Positions 9,273 to 19,239 of a stretch of DNA of 64,000 bases are shown piece by piece. Below the pieces are notes generated by a model. That model did no database searches. It had not been told where the DNA came from and worked only from the letters and a program-made list of their open reading frames with translations. A program made the translations under genes and the position numbers. The first letter of the stretch is position 1, and every line of letters begins with the position of its first letter. Origin of the DNA: a candidate division WOR-3 bacterium (GTDB lineage: Bacteria; Hydrothermota; 32-111); assembly GCA_037481815.1 (NCBI GenBank), contig JBBFKX010000002.1, positions 128,001 to 192,000 of the forward strand, given 5' to 3'.

Positions 9273-11831
9273 CTACTCCAAAATTATCTTTTTCAAATTT
9301 TCTAACATCTTTTCATCAAACTCTTTAAAAACAGAACTCCCCGATGCAAGATCTTTTCTTCCACCACCTTTACCTTTTAAGATCTGATTGATTCTCTCAA
9401 TGATCTTTTTTGAATCTATATCTGTGTTTGAACTAAAAACAATATAGTTTATCTTTTCCTGATCCTTACTTAAAATTGTTCCAAACACCTTTTTTTCTTT
9501 ACTTTTAATATTATCCATAATTTTTTTCAGGATGTCAATAGTATAACCTTCTAACAATCCAAAAACAAAAAGGTTATCACCGTTTTTTTTACCCTCAGAT
9601 ATCAATCGATCAGTTATTATGTTAATCTCATAATTCAAATAATTTTCATTCTCTTTTTTCAATCTGTTATTTTCTTCAACGATTTTTTCAAATCTTTTTT
9701 CGAGTTCATCAAAATCTTTGATTTTATGTTTCAAAATAAACATTTCTATTCTGTCGACCAACTCCTGATAACTCTTTAAAGCGTATAGAGAAGTAAGTGC
9801 TTCTATCCTTCTGATACCTGTTGCGACAGATTCCTCTTTAACTATTCTAAAAAGCCCGATCTCTCCAGTTCTTTCAACATGTGTTCCACCACACAATTCT
9901 TTTGAAACATTTTTTATGGAAACAACTCTAACTTCTCTGTCATACTTTTCGTTGAAAAAGGCCAGAGCACCTTCTTTTATCGCTTCTTCGTATGGTAGAA
10001 TCCTCTTTTCAACAGGGATGTTCTGGGATATTATTTCGTTGACACTATTTTCTATCAACTCTTTCTCTTCATCAGTCAATGGTTTAAAATGTAAAAAATC
10101 AAACCTGAATCTATCAAAAGATACAAAAGAACCTTCCTGTTTTACATGTTCACCAAGAACCTTCCTTAAAACAGAATGTAAAATGTGTGTCGCTGTATGG
10201 TTTCTCTGTATGAGATACCTTCTTTTCATGTCAACCTTTTGTCTATAGGTTTTCCCTTTTTCAAATTCACCTGCAATCTTTTTTCCTATAAGCATATTTC
10301 CAAGAGGTGATCTGACACAGTTTAAAACCTCAAACTCAAATTGATCAGAAAAAACTGTCCCCGTATCTGCGATCTGTCCACCGGACTCAGCATAAAATGG
10401 TGTTTCCTTCATCAAAAGTTCATACAAAGAATCTCCCAGATCTCTATACCTTAAAATGTATGATTCATTTTCAAGTGTTTCATATCCAACGAACTTTGAA
10501 ACATCATCTTCAAAAACGACAAAATCTTTTTTGTCTGAATCTGTAAACACCTTATCCTTCCTCGATCTTTCTCTTGCCTCATCAAGTAGTTTTTCAAATC
10601 CATTCTGATCGATTTCAAGGTTATCCTCTTCAGCCATCTGTTTTATAAGATCTACAGGAAATCCAAATGTGTCGTATAGTAAAAATAACGTTTTCCCATC
10701 AACAGTGCTACCTTTCAGATTTTTCTTATAATCGTTGTAAAGTTGCATACCCTGACCTATAGTTCTTAAAAACCTCTCCTCTTCCGACTTTATTATATTT
10801 TTAACTTTATCAACTGTTTGCAAAAGATAAGGATATTGAGTTTTCATTATTTTAACAACCTCAGATGTAAGATCGTAAAGAAAAGGTTTCTCTATCCCCA
10901 TTTTGAATCCAAACCTAACAGCTCTTCTTAGAACTCTTCTTATAACATATCCTCTTCCCTCATTTTCAGGTATGACACCGTCTGATATCGAGAATGTCAG
11001 GGCTCTTATATGATCTGCTATCGAATTTATCTCTTTTTTATACTTTTCATAATCAAGATTGTATTTTTCAAAAAGCGTATTTATGATTGGCATGAAGAGA
11101 TCTGTTTCGAAGATCGACTTTTTATCCTGCATTACGGCTGCAAGTCGTTCAAGTCCCATTCCAGTATCAACTCCTTTATTTTTAAGCAAAGTTCTGTTTC
11201 CCGAACTATCCTGGTTGAATTGCGGGAAAACTATGTTCCAGATTTCAACATACCTTTTACAATCGTTTTCTATTGAACAGGGATGTTTGTTTTCAAGTTC
11301 TTTTCCAAAATCATAAAATATTTCGGTTGAAGGCCCGCATGCACCAGTGCCTCCAGCTGGTCCCCAGAAGTTGGTCCTGTCATCCATCTTGATTATCCTT
11401 TCAACTGGGATTTTTATAATATCCTTCCATATCCTGTACGCCTCACTGTCATCCTTATGAACCGTTACATACAGTTTATCTTTGTCTATCTTCAACTCAT
11501 CAGTTAAAAATTCCCATCCCCATTTTATCGCTTCAAGTTGGAAGTAATCGTTAAAGGAAAAATTCCCAAGCATTTCAAAAAAAGTATCATGAAAAGGTGA
11601 AATCCCAACCTCTTCAAGATCAACCACCCTTAAACACTTTTGAATCGATGTGGCTCTTTTAAAATCAAAATCAACAAGACCTGCAAACATCGGTTTAAAT
11701 TGCACCATTCCCGCAACAGTGAAAAGAAGTGTGGGATCGTTTTCAGGTATCAAAGATGACGACTCAAACACTCTATGTTCTCTATCCTTAAAAAATTTGA
11801 TAAATTTTTCCCTTAAAATCTGACTCTCCAC
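9273..11831 (-). CDS. alaS: Alanine--tRNA ligase
   Basis: LLFTVAGMVQFK, FFEMLGNFSF, DTGMGLER; editing domain NHTATH and ELCGGTH; C-terminal GKGGGR. Confidence 0.98.
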   Translation of the reverse strand: MESQILREKFIKFFKDREHRVFESSSLIPENDPTLLFTVAGMVQFKPMFAGLVDFDFKRATSIQKCLRVVDLEEVGISPFHDTFFEMLGNFSFNDYFQLEAIKWGWEFLTDELKIDKDKLYVTVHKDDSEAYRIWKDIIKIPVERIIKMDDRTNFWGPAGGTGACGPSTEIFYDFGKELENKHPCSIENDCKRYVEIWNIVFPQFNQDSSGNRTLLKNKGVDTGMGLERLAAVMQDKKSIFETDLFMPIINTLFEKYNLDYEKYKKEINSIADHIRALTFSISDGVIPENEGRGYVIRRVLRRAVRFGFKMGIEKPFLYDLTSEVVKIMKTQYPYLLQTVDKVKNIIKSEEERFLRTIGQGMQLYNDYKKNLKGSTVDGKTLFLLYDTFGFPVDLIKQMAEEDNLEIDQNGFEKLLDEARERSRKDKVFTDSDKKDFVVFEDDVSKFVGYETLENESYILRYRDLGDSLYELLMKETPFYAESGGQIADTGTVFSDQFEFEVLNCVRSPLGNMLIGKKIAGEFEKGKTYRQKVDMKRRYLIQRNHTATHILHSVLRKVLGEHVKQEGSFVSFDRFRFDFLHFKPLTDEEKELIENSVNEIISQNIPVEKRILPYEEAIKEGALAFFNEKYDREVRVVSIKNVSKELCGGTHVERTGEIGLFRIVKEESVATGIRRIEALTSLYALKSYQELVDRIEMFILKHKIKDFDELEKRFEKIVEENNRLKKENENYLNYEINIITDRLISEGKKNGDNLFVFGLLEGYTIDILKKIMDNIKSKEKKVFGTILSKDQEKINYIVFSSNTDIDSKKIIERINQILKGKGGGRKDLASGSSVFKEFDEKMLENLKKIILE

Positions 11832-11834
11832 ATT

Positions 11835-12560
11835 TCACCTCTTTTTGATTAGATTTTTTAAAAGCACTAAATAATATTGTAATTTTATATAAATATGTAA
11901 AATCATCAAGAATATAAAAATAATCCCTGTAAAATTATGTGTATATACAAGTTTTGAAATATTTTTAAGATATAAAACTCCATACTCTCTCAAAACAAGC
12001 ATCGATGATGTGAAAAGTACCGGAACAAAGGTGAATATGAGCAGAATGTTAACGATTCTGTTGATATCACAGATATCAACAGGAATTTTTTTTCTTTTAG
12101 AAAAATAGATAAGCACAACTCCAAAAAGAAAAAGGGGAAAAAGAACAAATATAAAATATTTATCACCATCACCAAAAGATCCATCCAAATTATCTTTTTT
12201 TTCATGTGTGGAAGTCGTTGGCAAATTTATATCAGTTTTTTCAACTGGATCAAAATTTTTATCTTCTGGTTGATTCTGTTCAGTTTCATAACCAGTCAAA
12301 TTTTCCTGAACTTTTGCTTCATCCGTTTTTTCCTCTAAAACGGTTTCACTTTTGTTATCAGTGCTGACATTCAAATCCGTATCCTGAACGCTATCAGCAA
12401 GATCCTGTGAAAGATCACATATAGAATCATTATTCTCATCTGTATACCTTCCACATCTACCTGGATACGGGTCATTTTTTTCATCAAATGGACAATACTG
12501 TTCAGAAAAAATGTAAACAAAAACGGATATCAGTAAAAATATCAACAATATTTTTTTCAT
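11835..12560 (-). CDS. Membrane protein with Cys-rich N-terminal motif and DUF4405-like TM domain
   Basis: Signal peptide, CPFDEKNDPYPGRCGRYTDENNDSICD, acidic linker, three TM helices with two His (HNFTG...LHIY). Confidence 0.65.
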   Translation of the reverse strand: MKKILLIFLLISVFVYIFSEQYCPFDEKNDPYPGRCGRYTDENNDSICDLSQDLADSVQDTDLNVSTDNKSETVLEEKTDEAKVQENLTGYETEQNQPEDKNFDPVEKTDINLPTTSTHEKKDNLDGSFGDGDKYFIFVLFPLFLFGVVLIYFSKRKKIPVDICDINRIVNILLIFTFVPVLFTSSMLVLREYGVLYLKNISKLVYTHNFTGIIFIFLMILHIYIKLQYYLVLLKNLIKKR

Positions 12561-12568
12561 AGGTTTAT

Positions 12569-12597
12569 AAAATATCACAAGAAGGAAAAATTGTCAA
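12569..12597 (-). promoter_or_regulatory. Possible promoter directly before a start codon lacking an RBS
   Basis: TTGACA-17 nt-TATTTT with TGn extension; ATG follows 8 nt after the -10 box. Confidence 0.45.
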
Positions 12598-13313
12598 CGT
12601 TTATAGATTTTTCTATAACTTTTTAAAAATTTTTTTCTTTCCTCTTCCTGAAATCTTTCGGTAGCATAACTTATAGTTATCGATGAAAGATCTTCATAAT
12701 TTTCGTTTAAAAATTCTTTCAGGATATGTTCCCCACAATTTTTTCCAACCTCTCTTAACATCCATCCTGTTGCCTTTTTCAAAAGTTCATTCTGATCCTT
12801 GATCAACTTTTTTAAAATCTTTAAAGGAAAATCACATTTTTTTCTTTTTATAAAATAATATAATGAAACAACTGAGATTCTCTTTTCCCATAAATTTTCA
12901 GAATCTGAAAGATCCTCTATCTTCCCATATTCATCCTTTTCAAAGGAGTATCTACCAAGAATTCTATAAGAGGATGTATCAACAAGATCCCAGTTGTTAA
13001 CATATTTTAAGTTTTTCAGGTAAAAATCTAAAATTTTTTCTTCTTTCTCTAAACGATTATCATATTTTAAAACTAATATATTCAATGCAAGAAACCTTAC
13101 CTCGTGGTATCTTGAAGATATCAGTTTCTGTAAAACATTCCAACCAACATCTTTATATTTTTTTGCAAAAATTTTTAAAGTTGGTGTATCTATACCCAAA
13201 AATTCATCTCCTTCTCCATACTCTCCTTTTTTCGTTTTAAAAAACCTTTTATATACCATCTTTTTTTCTTCATCCTTCAATTCAAACAACTCTTTTAAAA
13301 TTTTTGAATACAT
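12594..13313 (-). CDS. DNA alkylation repair protein (AlkD-like)
   Basis: FFKTKKGEYGEGDEFLGI, VNNWDLVD, LWEKR, KATGWMLREVGK. Confidence 0.9.
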   Translation of the reverse strand: MYSKILKELFELKDEEKKMVYKRFFKTKKGEYGEGDEFLGIDTPTLKIFAKKYKDVGWNVLQKLISSRYHEVRFLALNILVLKYDNRLEKEEKILDFYLKNLKYVNNWDLVDTSSYRILGRYSFEKDEYGKIEDLSDSENLWEKRISVVSLYYFIKRKKCDFPLKILKKLIKDQNELLKKATGWMLREVGKNCGEHILKEFLNENYEDLSSITISYATERFQEEERKKFLKSYRKIYKR

Positions 13314-13314
13314 C

Positions 13315-14295
13315 CTAATATCCTTTTTCAAGATCAACTATATTTTTTAGTTTTTTGCCTTCAAGGAGATTTTTAATATTTTCCACTGTAAAAACTATAT
13401 CACCTTTTTCTGCATCTTCTGTGTGTGCACCTTTATGGGGTGATATTACAACATTTTCGAGTTCATATATCGGATAGTTCGAAGGTAGTTTATTGTTCTC
13501 TTCTCCATCCTTTGGATAGTTGTACCACACATCAAGTGCAGCACCTTTTAGAATCTTATTCTTTAAACTTTCATATAAAACCTTTTCATCAACTATTCTC
13601 CCTCTTGAAACATTCACAAGATATTTTCCCTCAAGTAAAGAAATATTTTTTTCGTTTATAAGATTTTCGCTCTCCTTCGTTAAAGGTAAAGTCAGGAAAA
13701 CTATTTGACCAAATCTTAAACCATCAGATAAATTATCTGTTAGAAAATCAAAATTTTCAGGATTTTCATTCTTTTCAAGTTTTCTTTTGATTCCCATTAC
13801 CTTGCAGTTAAAAATTTTTAGAAGACGAGCGAGTTCCTTTCCAATACTTCCTGTTCCAACTATGGTACATTTTTTTTCACGTATCGTATCCCAGTATTCT
13901 CTATAAAGTCCCTCTCTATGCCATATTCCTTTTTTTAGATCGTTATGAAAAAGAACGATCTTCCCAAGAAGTGCAAGAGTCAATGCTAAAGCCCTTTCTG
14001 CAACATATCTTGTATTCTCATGAGAATTACAAACAACAACCTTTTTCTCTTTAAGAATATCAAGTGGGAAATTGTTTAAACCAGCGTAGGGGACAAAAAG
14101 ATATTTTAAATTTTTCGAAAATTCAACCTGGTCTTTTTTCAAACGATAAGTTATAAGAACATCGGTGAATTCGATCTCTTCTTTTCCAAACTCTCTTTTA
14201 ACTTCTTTGAAAAGATGTTGTTTAAAATTATGCCTTAATTCTTCTATCTTTTTTTTCCAGTATTCAGACGAACAACCTGCAAAAGTTATCTCCAT
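13315..14295 (-). CDS. D-isomer-specific 2-hydroxyacid dehydrogenase
   Basis: IVGTGSIG, LPLTKES, VNVSRG, AALDVW, ISPH. Confidence 0.9.
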   Translation of the reverse strand: MEITFAGCSSEYWKKKIEELRHNFKQHLFKEVKREFGKEEIEFTDVLITYRLKKDQVEFSKNLKYLFVPYAGLNNFPLDILKEKKVVVCNSHENTRYVAERALALTLALLGKIVLFHNDLKKGIWHREGLYREYWDTIREKKCTIVGTGSIGKELARLLKIFNCKVMGIKRKLEKNENPENFDFLTDNLSDGLRFGQIVFLTLPLTKESENLINEKNISLLEGKYLVNVSRGRIVDEKVLYESLKNKILKGAALDVWYNYPKDGEENNKLPSNYPIYELENVVISPHKGAHTEDAEKGDIVFTVENIKNLLEGKKLKNIVDLEKGY

Positions 14296-14451
14296 AAAAA
14301 TTATACTATCCAATTTATTTTTTTAGTCAACATTTGAAAATTTAGAAACTCAAAATGTTATCGAATAAGGCAAAAAGATCGATTAAAAATTTTTGTATCC
14401 AATAAAATGTTTTAGATATATTTTTTGTTCAAACAAATGGTTTTATCTCTA

Positions 14452-14479
14452 TTGACAAAACGATGTTTAAATATATAAT
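14452..14479 (+). promoter_or_regulatory. Sigma70 promoter of rpsT
   Basis: TTGACA-16 nt-TATAAT, followed by AGGAGG RBS. Confidence 0.7.
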
Positions 14480-14502
14480 AAAGCAAAAAAATAGGAGGTA
14501 GT

Positions 14503-14754
14503 TTGCCAAAGAGTAAAGCACAGGAAAAATCAGTTAGACAGAATAAGATCAGAAGAGAAAGAAACAGAAAAGAAAAAGAAAAAATCAAAAAGATAATGAA
14601 ACAAGCACTTAAAGCAACAACTGAGGAAGAGAAAGTTAAAATTTTGAAAGAGGGCTATAAAATAATCGATAAAGCTGCTTCGAAAAATGTTATAAAGAAA
14701 AATAATGCTGCAAGAAAAAAATCAAAAATTGCCAAAATCTTAAAGGTTAAATAA
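14503..14754 (+). CDS. rpsT: 30S ribosomal protein S20
   Basis: KSAQEKSVRQNKIRRERNR-like N-terminus; IDKAASKNVIKKNNAARKKS; TTG start. Confidence 0.95.
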   Translation: MPKSKAQEKSVRQNKIRRERNRKEKEKIKKIMKQALKATTEEEKVKILKEGYKIIDKAASKNVIKKNNAARKKSKIAKILKVK

Positions 14755-14768
14755 TCAATCAATAAAAT

Positions 14769-14797
14769 AAAAAACTCCGCCAAATGCGGAGTTTTTT
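14769..14797. terminator. Bidirectional intrinsic terminator between rpsT and tonB
   Basis: AAAAAACTCCGC-CAAAT-GCGGAGTTTTTT between convergent genes. Confidence 0.9.
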
Positions 14798-14820
14798 CAT
14801 TTTCCAACTTTTATAAAATT

Positions 14821-15438
14821 TTATTTTGTTAATCTGAAAGTTATAGGGTATGTTACATAACATCTTATAGGTAAATCTCTCGTCATTGCAGGTGACCATT
14901 TCAACTGGTATGCTGCTTTAACAGCTGCTTCATCAAGTAACGGATGAACGCTTTTTAATACTTTTACCTGGGATACTGTTCCATCTTTTTCAACAACGAG
15001 TTCAAGGAATACTGTTCCTTCTATTCCAAGTTGTCTTGCCATCTGTGGATACTCTGGATCAATCCTTTGAATCAACTGCGGTGCCTGTTCATATATTCTG
15101 AAAATTTCACCTTCATACTTTTCAATGTTTAAATCCTCTGTTTCAAAAGATGTTTGAATATCTATATTCTTTGTTACCTCAGATTCCTTTGTTGTCTCAA
15201 CTATCTTTTTCGGTAGTTGTGGTTTTGAGATTTCCTGAGGTTCATTTATTTTCTGTATCTGGTCGGGTAACTTCTCCATCACGACAACATCTTTTTTCTC
15301 CTTCATTTTGTAGGGGTTCGTTTTCAGTTTTGGAATAAAAAGGAAAAGTATTATGAAAAGTATCAGTGTGGTCAAAAGTGATGACTTCACAAATGTGGGA
15401 TACTTTTCTTTCAAATCATTTTTTATAAATTTTTCCAT
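14821..15438 (-). CDS. tonB: Energy transducer TonB
   Basis: N-terminal TM; PEYPQMARQLGIEGTV...LDEAAVKA...PITFRL. Confidence 0.93.
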   Translation of the reverse strand: MEKFIKNDLKEKYPTFVKSSLLTTLILFIILFLFIPKLKTNPYKMKEKKDVVVMEKLPDQIQKINEPQEISKPQLPKKIVETTKESEVTKNIDIQTSFETEDLNIEKYEGEIFRIYEQAPQLIQRIDPEYPQMARQLGIEGTVFLELVVEKDGTVSQVKVLKSVHPLLDEAAVKAAYQLKWSPAMTRDLPIRCYVTYPITFRLTK

Positions 15439-15447
15439 AATGCTCTC

Positions 15448-15876
15448 CTATTTGATCGCATTGACTTTCTTAGCACTTAAAGAAACATGAAGAGCGTTCG
15501 CTTTTATCAGTTGACCGAAAACATCGTTTGATATCCAATAAGGAGTATTTTTATCAGCCATTATCGAAACTATCAGATTCGGGTTAACTCTCTTTTTCTG
15601 TTCAATTATATTTTTTATCTGTCCTATTGGAACTATTCTGTCATCTATCGATACAACTCCCCTATCTCCATCATATCCAATCCAAACATGGGCAAGATTT
15701 TTTGTTTCAATCTTTTTGGACGATAATGCCTGAGGAAGATCTATCCGTAAGCCCTGTTCCGTTCTAAATACTGTTGTCACCATAAAGAATATGAGAAGGA
15801 GAAAAACTATATCAGAAGTTGTTGATGTTGGAATCGAAGGTGATGTTTCTTCAACTTTTTCAAAATGTTTTTTCAT
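15448..15876 (-). CDS. exbD: ExbD/TolR family protein
   Basis: SDIVFLLLIFFMVTTVF with the conserved Asp. Confidence 0.92.
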   Translation of the reverse strand: MKKHFEKVEETSPSIPTSTTSDIVFLLLIFFMVTTVFRTEQGLRIDLPQALSSKKIETKNLAHVWIGYDGDRGVVSIDDRIVPIGQIKNIIEQKKRVNPNLIVSIMADKNTPYWISNDVFGQLIKANALHVSLSAKKVNAIK

Positions 15877-15885
15877 CTTTCCTCC

Positions 15886-16323
15886 TTACATCTCATCATC
15901 TTCTGCTGGAGATAGAGATATTTTCTCTTTCTTCTGAGTTTTTTCAAATGCTATTTTTAATTGGTCAAAAACTCTTATCATATAATCGTATTTTGCAGAT
16001 CTTGTTGGTATTATGGAAAATATCAAAGAATCTCCATTCGGTTGATTTAAAAGTTCTATCGCCTTATCAGCAACGGATGTCCATTCAACTGGATCATTTT
16101 CTATCCTAACATCTCCAAACCTGTTGATTCTAACATGCACGATATTCTTTGATAAAACCGTGATCGTCTCTTTTGATTCTTCGGGTAATACAATTTGAAG
16201 CCCCATCTCGGTGTTAAAACTTGATGTCACAAGAAAGAATATGAGCATCAAAAAAGTAATATCACCCAAAGATGCTGTTGGAATCTCAGGTTTCTGGAGT
16301 GTCTTTTTTCTTTTAAATAACAT
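15886..16323 (-). CDS. exbD: ExbD/TolR family protein (second copy)
   Basis: IPTASLGDITFLMLIFFLVT. Confidence 0.92.
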   Translation of the reverse strand: MLFKRKKTLQKPEIPTASLGDITFLMLIFFLVTSSFNTEMGLQIVLPEESKETITVLSKNIVHVRINRFGDVRIENDPVEWTSVADKAIELLNQPNGDSLIFSIIPTRSAKYDYMIRVFDQLKIAFEKTQKKEKISLSPAEDDEM

Positions 16324-16335
16324 ATTATCTCCTGA

Positions 16336-16962
16336 TTATGCTTCCTCTATCTCCAAACTCATCAAAATTTCAACTATTTTGTTTGATGCATCTTCAAGTG
16401 TTCTTGAATAACCGTTAACAACCGTCTGAAAATATGTAAATGCAGCAGAAACAGGTATCGCAATCACAAGACCTGTGAGTGTTGTTATCAAAGCTTCCGA
16501 AATACCACTTGCAACGAGTTTTGGTTCAACCGTTCCCGCAAGTGCTATAGCATCGAATGCGTTTATCATTCCAGAAACTGTTCCCAAGAATCCAAGCATT
16601 GGAGCAAGTGTGATAACTGCTGATAGGAATGGCATTCCTCTATCAAGGAAAGCGAGTTCTGTTACACCTGCCTTTGCTATTGCATCCTCTATTGCACCTT
16701 TGTCTTTTCCAACATATTGAAACTCTGTCAAAGCTGCCTCAATGACTCTTGCAAAAGGACTTGGATTTTTTGCACAATGTTGTATCGCTGCTTCAATTCC
16801 CTCTTTTTCTATTTTATTCTTTAACTCTTCAACAAACTTCTTAGGATTCTTATTCATTATAAGAAGAGTTACGAATCTTTCAATGATAAAAACAAGACCA
16901 ATTATGGCGCATGCAAGTAGTGGCCACATCGTCCATCCACCTCTCTGGAATAAATCTAACAC
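16336..16962 (-). CDS. exbB: MotA/TolQ/ExbB proton channel protein
   Basis: GGWTMWPL, APMLGFLGTVSGMI, GISEALITT. Confidence 0.94.
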   Translation of the reverse strand: MLDLFQRGGWTMWPLLACAIIGLVFIIERFVTLLIMNKNPKKFVEELKNKIEKEGIEAAIQHCAKNPSPFARVIEAALTEFQYVGKDKGAIEDAIAKAGVTELAFLDRGMPFLSAVITLAPMLGFLGTVSGMINAFDAIALAGTVEPKLVASGISEALITTLTGLVIAIPVSAAFTYFQTVVNGYSRTLEDASNKIVEILMSLEIEEA

Positions 16963-17005
16963 AACTTCCTCCTGGTTAATTTTGGTTTATCTTTTTAAGT
17001 AGTTT

Positions 17006-17033
17006 ATTATACTTTCTAATCCAATTTTGTCAA
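17006..17033 (-). promoter_or_regulatory. Promoter of exbB-exbD-exbD-tonB
   Basis: TTGACA-16 nt-TATAAT. Confidence 0.65.
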
Positions 17034-17036
17034 TAA

Positions 17037-17387
17037 TTATCTTGTTGACCAGATATAGTATATCAAAGAAGCGAGTATTGCAAAAAGTCCTGCAAGAAGG
17101 ATCATCAAACCTTCAAGAGATCCAACCTGCATCGTCTTTGCTATCTGAGGTAAAAGATCATAAGGGTTTGATCTTGCAAGTGCTGGGAAGTAAACTGTGA
17201 GTTTGATTATATGCACAACAGCACCAACGAGAACCAGAATACTACCCAAAATTTCAAGGACCCATATCGATGGTTTTCTTATTATTTTCAACAATCTTTT
17301 CAAAATCAACGCTGATATGAAAAGAGATATTGAAAAAAGAATTATCCCTATAGCAAGCATTATCTCTGCTGGAAATAGAACTTTCAT
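17037..17387 (-). CDS. Small 3-TM hypothetical membrane protein
   Basis: Three hydrophobic segments; ATGA overlap with the upstream gene; resembles 17384-17773. Confidence 0.75.
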   Translation of the reverse strand: MKVLFPAEIMLAIGIILFSISLFISALILKRLLKIIRKPSIWVLEILGSILVLVGAVVHIIKLTVYFPALARSNPYDLLPQIAKTMQVGSLEGLMILLAGLFAILASLIYYIWSTR

Positions 17388-17773
17388 TTCGCCCCTCCTT
17401 TGTGAGGTTTAACAACATTGTAAAATTTTAAACTTCCGATGAGGGAAAGGACTCCTGAAAGGAAAAAGAAAAAGTATCCAATCCATGTCTGGATATCTGT
17501 CATCTTCAAATTTCCAACTATTATCAAGCTGTATGCCTGTATCATAGCATAAACTATTATTCCCGTAGGTGAAATCATTATAAACTGCCAGTCAGTTTTT
17601 TTGTGCAAAACCTTTTCATATCTTTGTGCTATTATACCAACAAGAAAAAGAGAAAACCAGAGAAGAACAGCACCTAAAATTGTGAGAACACTTGATAACA
17701 TTTTTGAATCCGTAACATATTTGGGAATTCCAGTTTGAGTTATCGAAACAAGTTCAAAAAGTTTTAACACCAT
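17384..17773 (-). CDS. Small 3-TM hypothetical membrane protein
   Basis: Three TM segments; GGAGGAG RBS. Confidence 0.75.
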   Translation of the reverse strand: MVLKLFELVSITQTGIPKYVTDSKMLSSVLTILGAVLLWFSLFLVGIIAQRYEKVLHKKTDWQFIMISPTGIIVYAMIQAYSLIIVGNLKMTDIQTWIGYFFFFLSGVLSLIGSLKFYNVVKPHKGGAK

Positions 17774-17783
17774 ATCTCCTCCA

Positions 17784-18461
17784 TTATTTCAAACTTTGTA
17801 AAATTTTTTCAACCATCTTCTGTGATTGACTTGGACCTATGATCATCGATGATGCTTTCGAAAATCTTTTCAAAAATTCATCAAGTTTATTCTGGTTTAG
17901 ATTTTTTATATCGAGTTTCATTTCGGTTATTATATTGTTGATTATATCATCGGCAAAATCTTCAAGGAACTCTGCTGCTATTTTTTTAATCTTGTTAAAA
18001 GATTGATCATCTATCTTGAAAGTTGGAGCACTCTCCTCTTTTTCAACAGTTTTTTCTTTAACCTCTTCTTTTACCGGCTGTGCAGGTTTGACAACTATTT
18101 TCTTCTTATCTTTTAATGCAACTTTTACCTTTCCTTCCTTTTCCTCTTCAACAACCTCTTTTTCTACGATTTCAGCAAAATCTATACTATCAACTGGAAC
18201 ATTTTTGTTCACTATGATACCAAAAAAAGAATTGTTTTTTTGAAAAAATACTATCTTTTTATTTTCATTTTGAAACTCAATTTTTTCAACTCTCGAAACA
18301 TTCGCAGCATCAAGAGATTGTTTCAAAACAACTATTACCTGTTTTACAACATCATCTGTATATCCAACGATTCCGGTTTTTGAAATCGTTTCGTTTTCAT
18401 TTGAGAAAACAAAATCAGCGTTGAATTTCTCCCTTATTTTCTCAATGTTGTACCCCATCAC
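17784..18461 (-). CDS. Hypothetical protein with degenerate Roadblock-like N-domain and helical C-domain
   Basis: Alpha-beta-beta-alpha-beta-beta-beta pattern, charged linker, C-terminal IIGPSQSQKMVEKI. Confidence 0.55.
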   Translation of the reverse strand: MMGYNIEKIREKFNADFVFSNENETISKTGIVGYTDDVVKQVIVVLKQSLDAANVSRVEKIEFQNENKKIVFFQKNNSFFGIIVNKNVPVDSIDFAEIVEKEVVEEEKEGKVKVALKDKKKIVVKPAQPVKEEVKEKTVEKEESAPTFKIDDQSFNKIKKIAAEFLEDFADDIINNIITEMKLDIKNLNQNKLDEFLKRFSKASSMIIGPSQSQKMVEKILQSLK

Positions 18462-18468
18462 TTCCCCC

Positions 18469-19239
18469 TTACCTTTTACTCAATTTTTCTATAACATTCT
18501 GAACCATCTTTTTCGCTTCAGATGCTCCATAAACCTCAACAGCTTTTTTACACACTCCATCGATCAAAACTTTTGTTGTTCTCTGGATATCATCTCTACT
18601 GATCTCAACGGGAACTATATCCTTTACATCGATTTTATCTTTTATATCAAGGGCTTTTTCAAGAATATCGACACTCGATAGGTTTTCCTTAATAAAATTG
18701 TTCCAGATCTTCCGATCTCCACCCTGTGAAAACTCATCAACAAGATAGTTCAACTGTAATACTTTTGAAAGTAAAAGTTTCCTTTCAATTTCACCCAACC
18801 TGTTGACTTCCTGTGTTTGAAACTCCTGTTTGAGTGAAGTGAAGGTTTGTTCAACAACCGGTTCCTTTATAGGTTCACTCTCAACGATTTTTGGCTCCTC
18901 AACTATTTTTGTAGTTTCAAAAATATTTTTAAATTCATTATAAAACTTATCAGTATCAACTTCTCCATTGACTTTAAAAAGTAGAAACTCACTTTTCTGA
19001 GAAATGAGAATAAGGTTGTTGCCATCAACCTTCATAAATGAAATCAAAGGATAGTTCATTTGAAACTTTTTAAATATAACATCACCAGCAGAACCGAGAA
19101 ATGCACCAATATCGCCAAGGTTCGCTGGTTGTTCTCCGAATTTTTCAAGTACCGTCCCATCCTCTTTGTTCAACCTCATAGCCCCAAATATGGGAACAAG
19201 GTTCTTCAATTTTTCAACCATTTCAGAAAGACCCATCAC
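18469..19239 (-). CDS. Roadblock/LC7-like domain protein with helical C-domain
   Basis: VEKLKNLVPIFGAMRLNKEDGTVL...LGDIGAFLGSAG; C-terminal VYGASEAKKMVQNVI. Confidence 0.6.
   Translation of the reverse strand: MMGLSEMVEKLKNLVPIFGAMRLNKEDGTVLEKFGEQPANLGDIGAFLGSAGDVIFKKFQMNYPLISFMKVDGNNLILISQKSEFLLFKVNGEVDTDKFYNEFKNIFETTKIVEEPKIVESEPIKEPVVEQTFTSLKQEFQTQEVNRLGEIERKLLLSKVLQLNYLVDEFSQGGDRKIWNNFIKENLSSVDILEKALDIKDKIDVKDIVPVEISRDDIQRTTKVLIDGVCKKAVEVYGASEAKKMVQNVIEKLSKR

Noticed and set aside
14821..16962. TonB-ExbB with two ExbD genes as a novel motor
   Set aside because: exbB-exbD-exbD-tonB is a common arrangement in FCB-type bacteria.
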